Assembly: GCF_000022265.1 (NCBI RefSeq)
Contig: NC_011979.1
Coordinates: 1,680,001-1,712,000, forward strand
Source of the DNA: Geotalea daltonii FRC-32
GTDB taxonomy: Bacteria > Desulfobacterota > Desulfuromonadia > Geobacterales > Geobacteraceae
DNA: 32,000 bases
Reading direction: 5' to 3'
Both the position numbers and the translations under genes were made by a program. The stretch's first letter is position 1; each line of letters opens with the position of its first letter. The notes beneath the pieces are model-generated. The model ran no database searches, was not told the origin of the DNA, and saw nothing but the letters and a program-made list of their open reading frames with translations. This document shows, piece by piece, positions 1-10,593 of the stretch.

Positions 1-311
1 GGAGGGAGGTTCAGACGGATGAGCTTACCGTCATTGGCGGGGGTGAGCCCCAGGTTGGCATTCATTATTGCCTTCTCAATGGGGGGGATCATTTTTGCAT
101 CCCAAGGCTGCAGGGTTATGGTACGGGGCTCGGGGACTGCAAGGGTTGCAACCTGATTCAGCGGTGACAGCGTACCATAGAAGTCGACCTTTATCTCATC
201 GAGAAGGCTGGTGCTGGCGCGACCAGTGCGAACCTTCTGGTATTCCTTGCGCAGTGAATCAATAGTCTTGTCCATATGACTGCTCATGCCGCTAATGACA
301 TCCTTGGTCAT
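1..311 (-). CDS. frr: ribosome recycling factor, 5' portion only (gene runs off the left edge)
   Basis: Absent from the ORF track because there is no stop in the window. The reverse complement from ATG at 311-309 reads [46 protein letters not shown]..., which matches the conserved RRF N-terminus (KxRTGRAsxxLLdxI.V.yYG). It begins 1 nt after the pyrH stop, in the canonical pyrH-frr order. Confidence 0.85.
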   Translation of the reverse strand, partial: MTKDVISGMSSHMDKTIDSLRKEYQKVRTGRASTSLLDEIKVDFYGTLSPLNQVATLAVPEPRTITLQPWDAKMIPPIEKAIMNANLGLTPANDGKLIRLNLP

Positions 312-312
312 G

Positions 313-1107
<795 letters not shown>

Positions 1108-1117
1108 TTATTGCCTG

Positions 1118-1768
1118 TCAGGCGCCGGCAGCGGCAGCAACTTCCGCTGCAAAATCGCTTTCTTTCTTTTCCAACCCTTCGCCGAGATTGAATTTTGCGA
1201 ACCGTCGGATGCTGATATTCTCACCGATGGTGGCGATCGTCTCATTCAGATACGTTTGGACGGTTTTGTCCGGGTCCTTGACGAACGCCTGCTCAAGGAG
1301 GCAGATATCGCCATAGAATTTGTTGACCTGCCCCTCAATGATCTTCTCGACTATGTTGTCGGGTTTGCCGCTTTCCTTGGCCTTTGCCCGGTATATTTCC
1401 TTTTCCCGCTCCAGTACGGAAGGATCGACCTCTTCACGGCGCACGTAGAGCGGGGATGCCGCGGCAATGTGCATGGCGACGTCTTTGACGAAATTCTGGA
1501 AACCTTCATTCTTGGCGACGAAATCCGTTTCGCAGTTTACTTCGACAAGCACGCCGATCTTCCCGCCGGCATGGATGTAAGAGCCGACCAGACCTTCGGT
1601 GGCAGCCCGACCGGCTTTCTTGGAAGCGGCGGCAAGTCCCTTCTTGCGCAGGTAATCGACAGCCTGCTCGTGATCTCCACCGGTTTCCGTCAGCGCTTTC
1701 TTGCAATCCATCAGGCCTGCGCCCGTAGCTTTTCTCAATTCATTAACTTGCGTAGCTGTAATACTCAC
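1118..1768 (-). CDS. tsf: translation elongation factor Ts
   Basis: 216 aa with a GTG start preceded by GGAGGA. The N-terminus is [26 protein letters not shown] (UBA-like EF-Ts signature), and it follows rpsB. Confidence 0.93.
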   Translation of the reverse strand: MSITATQVNELRKATGAGLMDCKKALTETGGDHEQAVDYLRKKGLAAASKKAGRAATEGLVGSYIHAGGKIGVLVEVNCETDFVAKNEGFQNFVKDVAMHIAAASPLYVRREEVDPSVLEREKEIYRAKAKESGKPDNIVEKIIEGQVNKFYGDICLLEQAFVKDPDKTVQTYLNETIATIGENISIRRFAKFNLGEGLEKKESDFAAEVAAAAGA

Positions 1769-1815
1769 TTTTATCCTCCAAGATCAGTGCTGATCTGAAT
1801 GCGTTTTTTTTAAAA

Positions 1816-2583
1816 TTATGCTTCAGCAACAGTTCCTTCGCCTGTTTCTTCACCTGCAGCAAACTCAGCTCCCTCAGTGTCTGTTTGAAGCTGGGTATTG
1901 CGCGCCTGGCCTCCTTCGATCATGGCGTCGGCGACCTTGCTGGTGAGAAGGCGAATGGCACGAATGGCGTCGTCGTTGCCAGGGATAACGTAGTCGATGT
2001 TATCAGGATCGCAGTTGGTATCGACGATGGCGACAACGGGAATGCCGAGTTTTTTCGCTTCGCTGACGGCAATCTCCTCGTTTTTCGGATCAATGACGAA
2101 AAGCAGGCCGGGGAGCTTGTTCATGCCCTTGATGCCGCCAAGGGTCTTCTCCAGTTTAACCCGCTCCTTTTCCATCTGCAGGGCTTCCTTTTTGGTATAC
2201 GCTTCAATGGTTCCGTCCGCGAACATGGCGTCGATTCGCTTAAGCCGCTCTATGCTCTGTTTGACAGTGGAGAAGTTGGTAAGCATTCCACCCAGCCAGC
2301 GATCATTGACGAAGAACATTCCGCAACGCTGTGCCTCTTCGGCAACGGAGTCCTGTGCCTGCTTCTTGGTGCCGACGAAAAGCATTGTCTCGCCTGCTTG
2401 AGCCGCTTCAAATACGAAATTATAGGCGCTCTTGAAAAGTCTGACCGTCTTCTGCAGGTCAATTATGTAGATTCCGTTACGGGCGCCAAAGATGTAAGGC
2501 TTCATCTTCGGGTTCCATCTCTTTGTCTGGTGACCGAAATGGACGCCAGCTTCCAGCAGTTCCTTCATGGTGATGTTCGACAT
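1816..2583 (-). CDS. rpsB: 30S ribosomal protein S2
   Basis: Track ORF 1816..2697. The real start is probably ATG 2583 ([27 protein letters not shown]), preceded by AAGGAG. It has an acidic C-terminal tail. Confidence 0.93.
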   Translation of the reverse strand: MSNITMKELLEAGVHFGHQTKRWNPKMKPYIFGARNGIYIIDLQKTVRLFKSAYNFVFEAAQAGETMLFVGTKKQAQDSVAEEAQRCGMFFVNDRWLGGMLTNFSTVKQSIERLKRIDAMFADGTIEAYTKKEALQMEKERVKLEKTLGGIKGMNKLPGLLFVIDPKNEEIAVSEAKKLGIPVVAIVDTNCDPDNIDYVIPGNDDAIRAIRLLTSKVADAMIEGGQARNTQLQTDTEGAEFAAGEETGEGTVAEA

Positions 2584-2797
2584 ATTGTTTCTCCTTTGGT
2601 TTTCCCTCCGCCGCTCCCAACTTCCACCGGAATCCATCAGGACACCACCGGTTATAAAGAGGGCGTGTGAATTTGAAATAGCGAATTTATATAGCACAAT
2701 GTCATGGTGTTAGCAAGGTAATTTTACCGCTTACGTGGGCATGTGGCATTCACTCTCCTTTACTTCACCGGTTATCTCATGTATCATGCGATCGTTT

Positions 2798-3967
2798 ATG
2801 AACAGTACCCTTTACCGCTATATTTTCAAGGAAATACCTCCTCCGTTCTTCCTGGGAGTTGCCACTTTCACTTTTGTCCTGCTCATGGGGCGTCTGCTGA
2901 GGCTGACGGACATGGTCGTTACCAAGGGGGTGCCACTGGGCGACGTCCTGCGGATGATACTCTATCTGCTCCCTTCATTTCTCTTAGTTACCATTCCCAT
3001 GGCCTTTCTTCTTGCCATCCTGCTTGCCTTCGGCAGGCTTTCCGGCGACAGCGAGATCATTGCCATGAAAGCCAGCGGCATAAGCCTGTATGGATTGCTG
3101 CCGCCTGTTTTTTCCCTTGCAGTCATCACCTATCTGGCTGGTGCCTTTATCACCATCTATGCCGTTCCCAAGGGGAATTCTGCATTCAAGGACCTGCTGG
3201 TAACGGTGGTGGAGAACCGAGTATCCCTTGGCGTGAAGGAGAAGGTTTTTAACGGTGATTTTCCCGGAATCGTTATCTACTGCGACGGTTACGACGAGCG
3301 CACTCAGGTCATGTCCGGCATCATCATCCAGGATGAGAGAGATCCCCTTGAGCCTTCCACCATTATGGCCGGACATGGGACCATTAATGCGGACCATGCT
3401 TCACGGTCGGTGAGGCTGCACCTGGCCAGCGGCAGTATCCACCGCACTGCCGGAAGAGAGGGTTATCGCCTGGTTCAATTCAGTGATTACGATCTGCATA
3501 TAAACCTCAGCCAGGCATCCCAAGCGGTAAAAAGGGACGAGCGGGACATGTCCCTGGCTGAACTGCGGACCAACTGGAACTCCAACCACTTTGACAATAA
3601 AGGAAGGCTGGAAATGCGCCTCGAATACCATCGGCGCTTTTCACTTCCCTTTGCCTGCCTCATCTTCACCTTGGTGGGAATGCCCCTCGGCATACAGAAC
3701 CAGCGTTCAGGGAAAGCTGCCGGGTTTGCCATAAGTATTTTTCTGCTACTTTTGTATTACATCATTCTTTCTGCATGCAAGACTCTGGGGGAAAAAGAGC
3801 TTCTAAATCCATTTCTCGCCGCCTGGGTCCCTAACATGCTCTTTGTCGCTTTCGGCATCTATCTTTTCCGAAAAACCGCGGCAGAGGAAAAAATAGCACT
3901 GTTCGATTACTTTTCCTGCATTGCTTCATGGGTAAGCAGATTGACGAAGAGGGGCTCAAGCCGATGA
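2798..3967 (+). CDS. lptF: LPS export ABC permease, YjgP/YjgQ family (LptF-like)
   Basis: The N-terminus LYRYIFKEIPPPFFLGV... and the GRLSGDSEIIAMKASGISL motif are typical of LptF/LptG permeases. The start is ambiguous (GTG 2735, ATG 2786 or ATG 2798). The stop overlaps the next gene's start in an ATGA. Confidence 0.75.
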   Translation: MNSTLYRYIFKEIPPPFFLGVATFTFVLLMGRLLRLTDMVVTKGVPLGDVLRMILYLLPSFLLVTIPMAFLLAILLAFGRLSGDSEIIAMKASGISLYGLLPPVFSLAVITYLAGAFITIYAVPKGNSAFKDLLVTVVENRVSLGVKEKVFNGDFPGIVIYCDGYDERTQVMSGIIIQDERDPLEPSTIMAGHGTINADHASRSVRLHLASGSIHRTAGREGYRLVQFSDYDLHINLSQASQAVKRDERDMSLAELRTNWNSNHFDNKGRLEMRLEYHRRFSLPFACLIFTLVGMPLGIQNQRSGKAAGFAISIFLLLLYYIILSACKTLGEKELLNPFLAAWVPNMLFVAFGIYLFRKTAAEEKIALFDYFSCIASWVSRLTKRGSSR

Positions 3968-5037
3968 AAATCTTCAATCGGTTCGTAGCTGCAGCATACG
4001 CGAGAATTCTCTGTCTTTGCCTGGGAACGTTCATCGCCATTTTTCTCGTGGTTGATTTTCTGGAGAAGATAGGCCGTTTTGCGGGCGCCAATCCTGCTTA
4101 TATCGCACTGTTTTTTCTGACCAGAATACCGGAGGTGATCTGCCAGACGTCGGCCATGGCAGTGCTGATGGCAACCCTCCTTACTTTGGGTATGTTCTCC
4201 ATGAGCAGTGAATTGACCGCCATGCGTGGCTGTGGGCTCAGTCTCGGCCGTATAGCCATGCCCATACTTGTCATTGCCTTCAGCGTGAGCATTCTCAATC
4301 TGGCGATCAATGAATATGTCCTGCCGCGCTGTATCGTTCAGGGGCAATATATCCGGGAAGTCTTGATAGAAAAGAAGAGCCCTAACTTGTTTTTCCGGCA
4401 GATGAACATATGGCATCGGGATGATAACTTTATACTCAAAGCGAACCTGTTCGATCCTGCGAGCGGTCAGCTGAAAGGGATAACTGTCTGGAGAATGGGG
4501 GCAGGAATGCAGCCCGAACAGCGGCTGGATGCAGCTACGGCAAAACTTGATGCCGGCGGATGGCTACTGACGGATGTGGTAGCCCGTGAATTTTCGGAAA
4601 GTAATATCATCAAGACCAGTGAAGTTGCATCCATGCCGGTGCCATTGAATCTCAGGGCTACTGATCTCAAGGTCATGAGGAAGTTTTCCGACAATATGGG
4701 CATTCGGGAACTGGCTGCCTATTGCGAGAAACTGAGGAAAGGCGGGTACGACCCGACCCGCTATCTCGCACAGATGCATGGCAGGATATCCCTGGCATTT
4801 GCTCCACTGGTCATGGCGTTTCTCGGGGTCCCTTTTGCCGTTCGTGGCAGCCGTTCCAGCGGTATCGCCCTGGGCATAAGTGCCAGCCTGGGCATCGGCT
4901 TCGGCTTTTTTGTTCTCAATTCAATCGTCTTGTCTTTCGGCCAGGCTGGTGTCTTGTCCCCTGTGATTTCGGCCTGGTCGACCAATGGCATTTTCCTCAT
5001 GATCGGCATATGGTTTGCCTTGAAAGCAGAAAATTGA
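3964..5037 (+). CDS. lptG: LPS export ABC permease, YjgP/YjgQ family (LptG-like)
   Basis: Start is ATG 3964 (MKIFNRFVAAAYARI...), overlapping the lptF TGA (ATGA at 3964-3967). It is paralogous to the upstream permease, with motif SSELTAMRGCGLSL. Confidence 0.75.
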   Translation: MKIFNRFVAAAYARILCLCLGTFIAIFLVVDFLEKIGRFAGANPAYIALFFLTRIPEVICQTSAMAVLMATLLTLGMFSMSSELTAMRGCGLSLGRIAMPILVIAFSVSILNLAINEYVLPRCIVQGQYIREVLIEKKSPNLFFRQMNIWHRDDNFILKANLFDPASGQLKGITVWRMGAGMQPEQRLDAATAKLDAGGWLLTDVVAREFSESNIIKTSEVASMPVPLNLRATDLKVMRKFSDNMGIRELAAYCEKLRKGGYDPTRYLAQMHGRISLAFAPLVMAFLGVPFAVRGSRSSGIALGISASLGIGFGFFVLNSIVLSFGQAGVLSPVISAWSTNGIFLMIGIWFALKAEN

Positions 5038-5092
5038 CAAGGGTGCAGTCGGTGGTTTAATTGCCAATAGCCGGATCTCAAGGAGGCTGACA

Positions 5093-6013
5093 ATGAGATG
5101 TGCTGTAATTTTTTTTCTGTTGATGCTGCTGAATGTCCCACAAGCAGGTTTTGCGGCAACCGTTAAGGCTTCAGGAAAAAGGATCACGACTCGAACCGTT
5201 GCAGCAGAAGATCAAGCATCTGCCATGGGCATCCTGAGTATTATTCCTGCACAGGGAGAGCCCGGCACCACGGTTACCCTGAGCGGTACGGGCTTCACCG
5301 ATAAAACAATCGCCTATCTGGGCAGCTTCAGCATGGCGACCAAGGTCGCTAGCCCCAAAATACTAACCTTTGAAATACCCGACCTCCCGCCTGGGCTGTA
5401 TGCGCTTTATGTGAAGCGGGAGGATGGCGCCACCAGCAAGGCTTACAATTTTTCGTTGCAGGCACAGAAACCGGTGGTAACCGGAATCGTGCCAGATACC
5501 ATCTATAACTGTGCAGCTGGGAGAGAAAGGGAGGTTGCCATCAGTGGCAGGAACTTTCGTGATGGAGCCCAGGTGCTTCTTGATGGGGCTGTCATAAAAA
5601 GCAGATTTCTTGGTAAAGAGGCGATCTCCTTTACCGCACCATCGCTGCTTGCCAGCGGTCTGCACCAGATCCAGGTGAAGAATCCGACAGATGAAGTTTC
5701 CGCTGCCATAGCCCTGTTTGTCAACAGCCGGCCAGAGGTTGCCAATGTGAGCCGGGGAGGGGACTTCGTCAACTACTATGAACTTATCATAGACGGCCGG
5801 AACTTTCTTCAGGGTTCCTTGCTGGTTGTGGATGGGGTGAGGCTTTCCAGTGGAGATGTGCCACCTGGGGGGAGGGAAAAGCTGATTTACCTGGATTGCA
5901 ACCGGCTCATCTATCAGCGCCATCCATACGATTCAACAACTAAAAATTTCAGCATCCAGGTAGTTAATCCCAATGGTGAGGAAAGTCCGGTGGTGTCAGT
6001 GAATGCGCCATGA
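5093..6013 (+). CDS. secreted protein with three IPT/TIG-like Ig-fold repeats
   Basis: AAGGAGG lies 6 nt upstream of the ATG. The signal peptide is MRCAVIFFLLMLLNVPQAGFAATV. Three repeats have the pattern I.P..G..GT.VT(I)SG..F......V.LDG. Confidence 0.6.
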   Translation: MRCAVIFFLLMLLNVPQAGFAATVKASGKRITTRTVAAEDQASAMGILSIIPAQGEPGTTVTLSGTGFTDKTIAYLGSFSMATKVASPKILTFEIPDLPPGLYALYVKREDGATSKAYNFSLQAQKPVVTGIVPDTIYNCAAGREREVAISGRNFRDGAQVLLDGAVIKSRFLGKEAISFTAPSLLASGLHQIQVKNPTDEVSAAIALFVNSRPEVANVSRGGDFVNYYELIIDGRNFLQGSLLVVDGVRLSSGDVPPGGREKLIYLDCNRLIYQRHPYDSTTKNFSIQVVNPNGEESPVVSVNAP

Positions 6014-6045
6014 AAGCCCTGGTGCCCTGCTTACTGTGACTTTTT

Positions 6046-6501
6046 TTAGCCGGTGATTGTTTCCAGAGGCTGTTCCAGCACTACAAGATACCCGTCAGGG
6101 TCGAAGCACCATAGCTCGAAGACCCGGTAAGGTTTCAATTCCAGGGGGTAGAGTATTTCCAGCTCCTCATCCAGCAGGGCATCGTAAATCTCCTCTATTT
6201 CATCCACCCGAAAATGAATTGTCATTCCTATTCCTTTTGGGAAGGCGGTGAGTCTTTCCTCCAGAATGGCGTGCGCATGGAGCACCGCAGACTCTTCCAC
6301 AAAAATGACCGTCCAACCATCCTGGGCCATCACCAGATGTTCCGGTGCGCCGGGAGACGTAAGTGCTCTCTCGACGGGCATCTGAAGGATGCCGCCATAG
6401 AAAGCTTCTGTTACTCCCAGATCTGAAACAACCAACTGTATGGAGACGCGAGTTTTATCGGACACGGAACAGTTACTCTCCACCGAACCAGATGGTGGCA
6501 T
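6046..6501 (-). CDS. VOC (glyoxalase/bleomycin-resistance/dioxygenase fold) family protein
   Basis: It shows the beta-alpha-beta-beta-beta pattern (VSDLGVTEAFYGGILQMPV ... ELWCFDPDGYLVVLEQ). The track start 6501 overlaps ccdA by 29 nt. An alternative GTG at 6465 would remove the overlap. Confidence 0.65.
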   Translation of the reverse strand: MPPSGSVESNCSVSDKTRVSIQLVVSDLGVTEAFYGGILQMPVERALTSPGAPEHLVMAQDGWTVIFVEESAVLHAHAILEERLTAFPKGIGMTIHFRVDEIEEIYDALLDEELEILYPLELKPYRVFELWCFDPDGYLVVLEQPLETITG

Positions 6502-7201
6502 ATCTGCTGAAGAGAGAAAGATTGTTGGTGAAAATAAGGATTCCGACTACCATTAGAAAGACGCCGGTGATGATTTCAAAGATGCGAATGTACTTTTTGA
6601 AGCGGGTAAAGAGGACGAGGAATTGATGCAACGCCAGGGAAGAAAGGAAGAACGGTACGGCAAGGCCGATGGAATAAGCAAGCAAAAGGGATACGCCTCT
6701 ATAGATGGTGCTTTCGGTGGCGGCCACCATTAGAATCGAGGCGAGGATCGGCCCAATGCAGGGGGTCCAGCCGGCAGAAAAAGCAACCCCGACGACAAAG
6801 CTGCCCAGGAACCCTGCGGGCTTGCGATGAAGAGTCAGCCTCTTTTCACCGAGCAGCATGCCGATGTCGAAGATGCCTGTCACATGTATGCCGAAAATGA
6901 AGATCAGTGCTCCCCCCACCTTCTGTAAAAGGGTCATGTGCGATTGCAGGAATGATCCTATAAAGGTGGCCGATGCGCCAAGCAGGACAAACACGCTGGT
7001 AAAACCCGCGATGAAGCAAAGGGAATGTATTATCGTCTGCTGTCTGACTTTATGTGACGGGTGCTCGGCCTGCAGATCGTTAAAGGACAGCCCGGTTATG
7101 TAGGTTATGTACGAAGGGATGAGCGGTAAAACGCAGGGGGAAAGAAAAGAAAGAAAACCGGCGATCAGAGCGCCGAAAATGGTTATGTTAGAAGATCCCA
7201 T
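6473..7201 (-). CDS. ccdA: cytochrome c biogenesis thiol-disulfide transporter, CcdA/DsbD transmembrane family
   Basis: A six-TM protein with the two conserved Cys motifs LSPCVLPLIPSY and WTPCIGPIL. Confidence 0.85.
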   Translation of the reverse strand: MGSSNITIFGALIAGFLSFLSPCVLPLIPSYITYITGLSFNDLQAEHPSHKVRQQTIIHSLCFIAGFTSVFVLLGASATFIGSFLQSHMTLLQKVGGALIFIFGIHVTGIFDIGMLLGEKRLTLHRKPAGFLGSFVVGVAFSAGWTPCIGPILASILMVAATESTIYRGVSLLLAYSIGLAVPFFLSSLALHQFLVLFTRFKKYIRIFEIITGVFLMVVGILIFTNNLSLFSRYATIWFGGE

Positions 7202-7217
7202 TGCAGTAGTCCCTCGA

Positions 7218-7721
7218 TTAACGGCTGATTATTTCATTGAAATAGGCGATCACCTGGGGGTCGCTCCAGTCCATGCCACCAACGATTTTTTTCAGTATAA
7301 CACCCTTTTTGTCCAGGATAAAAGTTTCGGGTACCCCTGTTGTCCCGTAACGCTTGCTTATGGCGTTATCCGCATCCAGCAGGGCCGGCAGCATCAATCC
7401 TGATTTCTTGAAGTAATTTTCAACTGCATCCTTACCTCCCTCATCTATGGATACCGCCAGCATCTCGAAAGGTTTACCTGCCATTGCCTGATTAAGTTTC
7501 ATCATTGATGGAATTTCTTCCCGACACGGGGGGCACCATGTTGCCCAGAAATTGAGAAAGACCACCTTGCCCTTTAAGTCGGAAAGGTGAATTTCACGGC
7601 CCGAAAGATCCTTCAGAGTGAAATCCGGTGCGACTTTTCCCTCTGTGACAGGTTCACTGCCGCGGGTACAGGCAGTTACAAGGGTACATAGAATCAGCAT
7701 TGCAAAAAAGAATCTTTTCAT
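7218..7721 (-). CDS. periplasmic thiol:disulfide oxidoreductase, TlpA/ResA-like thioredoxin-fold lipoprotein
   Basis: It has a lipoprotein signal (MKRFFFAMLILCTLVTAC) and a WCPPC active site in FWATWCPPCREE. Its ATG overlaps the stop of the upstream regulator (ATGA at 7721-7718). Confidence 0.85.
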   Translation of the reverse strand: MKRFFFAMLILCTLVTACTRGSEPVTEGKVAPDFTLKDLSGREIHLSDLKGKVVFLNFWATWCPPCREEIPSMMKLNQAMAGKPFEMLAVSIDEGGKDAVENYFKKSGLMLPALLDADNAISKRYGTTGVPETFILDKKGVILKKIVGGMDWSDPQVIAYFNEIISR

Positions 7722-9082
7722 TTTTTCCGCTCCTGGGGAGTTATATTGTATTTTTCCATTCTATAAATAAGGGTGTGCCGGGGGATGCGGAGAAATCGCG
7801 CGGCGGCAGTCTGGTTCCAATCATTTCTTTCCAGCGCCTCGACCACGATTTCCCGTTCAAGTTGCTCCAGGGAATAGCCCGATGCAGGCAGGTTTATCAC
7901 CCCAACCTCAGTTACCTTTCTGACGCCGAGGAGTTTCGGAGGGATGTCCCCGATATCAATGGTTTCACCATTACGCATGATAAGCAGGCGCTCGATGGTA
8001 TTTTCCAGCTCCCGGACATTGCCCGGCCAATGATACTGTTTCAAGGCTTCAAGAGCTTTAGGCGTAAAATTGACCCCGCCTCCGCCATGTTTTGCCGTGA
8101 AGTGTCTGGTGAGAAGCAGCACGTCGTCAGCTCTTTCGCGCAACGGTGGAAGGTGGACCGGAATGATCGACAGACGATAAAACAGGTCTTCGCGAAAGGC
8201 ACCTTCTTCGATTGCCTTTTCCAGATCAACATTGGTTGCGGCAATGACGCGCACATCAATTCTCCTGGGGCTTATTCCCCCCACCGGTTCCACGATCCTT
8301 TCCTGCAGAGCGCGTAAAAGCTTTGGTTGCAGGTCAACCGGCAACTCACCCACTTCATCCAGAAACAGGGTGCCACCATCGGCTGTCTCCAGTTTGCCCG
8401 TCTTATCCCGCACTGCACCGGTAAAAGCTCCCTTGACATGGCCGAAAAGCTCGCTTTCCAGTAATTCCCGGGGAATTGCCGCGCAGTTTATCGGCACAAA
8501 AGGCCGGCTGCGACGGGATGAGAGCGAATGGATCGATTTGGCTACCAGTTCCTTGCCGGTGCCGGACTCTCCTGTTATCAGGACGGTGGCATCCGTATCG
8601 GCTACTTTTCTGACAATATGAAATACCTGCTCCATGCCGGGTGAGATGCCGATGATGTTTCTGAATTCGGCACGTTCCGTCAGTTCTTCTTTGAGAAGCC
8701 GGTTCTCTTCGGTCAGTCCGCGCAGTTCCAGGGCTTTTTTCACAACCAGCTTCAACTGATCGCGGTTGAAAGGCTTGGTAATATAGTCGTGAGCGCCCAG
8801 TTTCATTGCTTCTATGGCAGTGTCAATGGCGCCAAAGGCGGTGATAACTATGACCAGCGTCGCCGGTGATCGCTCCTTAATGGTGGAGAGGACCTGGAAG
8901 CCTGTGATACCAGGCATCTTAAGATCGGTTATCACCAGGGGAGGAGAATGCTCGTTAAAAAGCGCAAGGCCGGTTTCACCGTCCACAGCTGTAATTACCT
9001 CGTATCCCTCCTCCTGGAGATTGTATTCCAGAACTCGACGTAATGAGGTGTCATCGTCTATGAGAAGAATTTTTGCAGTCAT
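7718..9082 (-). CDS. sigma-54-dependent response regulator (REC + AAA+ + Fis-type HTH; NtrC/AtoC family)
   Basis: It has a receiver domain (ILLIDDD ... VITDLKMPG), Walker A GESGTGKE, the GAFTGA sigma-54 contact loop, and a C-terminal HTH (NQTAAARFLRIPRHTLIYRMEKY). Confidence 0.9.
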   Translation of the reverse strand: MTAKILLIDDDTSLRRVLEYNLQEEGYEVITAVDGETGLALFNEHSPPLVITDLKMPGITGFQVLSTIKERSPATLVIVITAFGAIDTAIEAMKLGAHDYITKPFNRDQLKLVVKKALELRGLTEENRLLKEELTERAEFRNIIGISPGMEQVFHIVRKVADTDATVLITGESGTGKELVAKSIHSLSSRRSRPFVPINCAAIPRELLESELFGHVKGAFTGAVRDKTGKLETADGGTLFLDEVGELPVDLQPKLLRALQERIVEPVGGISPRRIDVRVIAATNVDLEKAIEEGAFREDLFYRLSIIPVHLPPLRERADDVLLLTRHFTAKHGGGGVNFTPKALEALKQYHWPGNVRELENTIERLLIMRNGETIDIGDIPPKLLGVRKVTEVGVINLPASGYSLEQLEREIVVEALERNDWNQTAAARFLRIPRHTLIYRMEKYNITPQERKK

Positions 9083-9107
9083 TGATTTATGGCAGCTCCC
9101 GTTTGCC

Positions 9108-10247
9108 TTATGCGGGCAATATTACGGTGAAGGTCGTTCCTTTTCCTTTGGTACTGGTAACCCGGATGGTGCCGCCGTGGCTTTCGACGATCTTCTGGGT
9201 AATTGCCAGGCCCAGGCCTGTACCCCCCTTTTTTGTCGTGAAGAAAGGCTGGAAGATTCGTTCAAGCATCTCCTGGTCGATGCCCTGACCGTTATCGGCG
9301 AAAGACAGTTCTATGACAGGTTGATTTTCACTGGTATGCAGAGGACCGACAGCACTGATCACAACTTCTCCGCCAGTTCCAGTGGCCTGCAGCGCATTCA
9401 TCAGCAGGTTCAGGAAAACCTGTCGCAATTTTTCCGTGTCACCCTTGATGGGTGGTATTTCTGCCGGCTCCAGCCGGACCTTTACCTCCATGGATAATGC
9501 TTCCGCTGTAGTGAATGCAACAAGTTCCCTGAGCTCCAACATTATATCACATCTGTTCTGCTCCACCCGTACGGGGCTGGCCAAGCCCAGGAAGTTTTCT
9601 ACGACCCTATTGAGGCGGTCTGCTTCCTTCAGCAAAATTTCCAGAAACTCATACTTTTTCTCTCCGGGAGCAAAGCTGTCTTTGAGAATCTCGGTCGTCC
9701 CCTTTATGGAGCCCAAGGGGTTTCTTATTTCGTGGGCAAGGGTTGCTGACAGTTCTCCGAGGGCCGACAGTCGCTCCGACCGTCTTAGTTGCTCCTCGGT
9801 CTTTATCAGCAGGTCAGCCTGCTCATGGAGTTTTCTGTAGGATTCTTCAAGCCCTTTTGCGGTTCTTTCCAGCTCTTCCCTGCGGGTCTCTTCCCGCTGG
9901 GAAAGAAGCCCTGTGACTCCGCCGACAACATTGTAGAGGAGAATTTCCAGGTATTTTTCCAGCTCAAGGGAAGGATGTATGCCCCATTGGAAAAGGATAT
10001 GAGGAACATACATGATACTTACGACAAGTGATGCTGTAAGTCCGCCGCGTAAGCCGAACCACAGCCCCGATAGAATAATTGGCAGGTAGTAGAGCCTTTG
10101 GAAAACATCATGCAACATTGGCAGGTGCAGTGGCGTAAGGTAATGCAGCAGACTGATGCCGAGAATGGATGATGCTGCAATCAAAAGGCGGATATTTTTG
10201 ATTTGTTGCATGGGGATATTTCTAAATGATGTGCGGATGGAAAGCAA
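9108..10247 (-). CDS. membrane sensor histidine kinase (HisKA + HATPase_c)
   Basis: It has N-terminal TM helices, a coiled-coil, the H-box LAHEIRNPL, the N-box LLMNALQA, and G-boxes DNGQGI and GGTGLGLAI. The start is ambiguous (TTG 10247 or ATG 10211). Confidence 0.85.
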   Translation of the reverse strand: MLSIRTSFRNIPMQQIKNIRLLIAASSILGISLLHYLTPLHLPMLHDVFQRLYYLPIILSGLWFGLRGGLTASLVVSIMYVPHILFQWGIHPSLELEKYLEILLYNVVGGVTGLLSQREETRREELERTAKGLEESYRKLHEQADLLIKTEEQLRRSERLSALGELSATLAHEIRNPLGSIKGTTEILKDSFAPGEKKYEFLEILLKEADRLNRVVENFLGLASPVRVEQNRCDIMLELRELVAFTTAEALSMEVKVRLEPAEIPPIKGDTEKLRQVFLNLLMNALQATGTGGEVVISAVGPLHTSENQPVIELSFADNGQGIDQEMLERIFQPFFTTKKGGTGLGLAITQKIVESHGGTIRVTSTKGKGTTFTVILPA

Positions 10248-10299
10248 GGTTTACATGCAGGAAATCATAATTGAGAAGGAACTCAGGGTGGCAAGTTCG

Positions 10300-10587
10300 C
10301 TAAAGGCGCTTTGTTCTGGATTTAAAAGGGTACCTTTTTAGTTGCCTTGAAACTACGGCAAGGGGAAGAAGTCTCTCATGCTTCCCCAACGCATCAAGCA
10401 GGCTCAAGCCATCACTTATGATGATGTCGTCATCCTCGAAAAGGGTCTGGGCGAAAAATCTGCCATCTCTGCGACAAAAGACCAGTATCTGGTAGTTGTC
10501 GCCGTCCAGTTCCATTTGTGTCTGGTGAACCAGTTCGCTGTCGGGCATTTGTGTAACCTGAGATGCTGAGGGGGGAGTGTTTTCCAT
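10300..10587 (-). CDS. hypothetical small acidic protein; coding status and start both uncertain
   Basis: A 95-aa ORF in the ORF track, lying between ispB and the kinase on the same strand. I recognise no family and see no obvious SD. The predicted sigma-54 start site falls on its ATG. Confidence 0.3.
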   Translation of the reverse strand: MENTPPSASQVTQMPDSELVHQTQMELDGDNYQILVFCRRDGRFFAQTLFEDDDIIISDGLSLLDALGKHERLLPLAVVSRQLKRYPFKSRTKRL

Positions 10588-10593
10588 GAAAAC

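Noticed and set aside
1781-1796. Hairpin AGATCAG-TG-CTGATCT between rpsB and tsf, which on the plus strand is followed by a T8 run.
   Set aside because: No plus-strand gene would be terminated here. On the transcribed (minus) strand the stem is followed by the tsf RBS rather than a U-tract, so it is not a terminator for rpsB. At most it is a processing or stability hairpin.
2735-2797. N-terminal extension of lptF from GTG 2735 (MGMWHSLSFTSPVISCIMRSF).
   Set aside because: The extension has no counterpart in the LptF/LptG N-terminus, which normally starts a few residues before the L.RYI motif. I prefer ATG 2798 (or 2786), though this is unverified.
10330-10346. Small palindrome AAAGG-GTA-CCTTT at the end of the 95-aa ORF, considered as a possible terminator.
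   Set aside because: It is only a 5-bp AT-rich stem with a 3-nt loop and no convincing U-tract on the minus strand. That is too weak to call.
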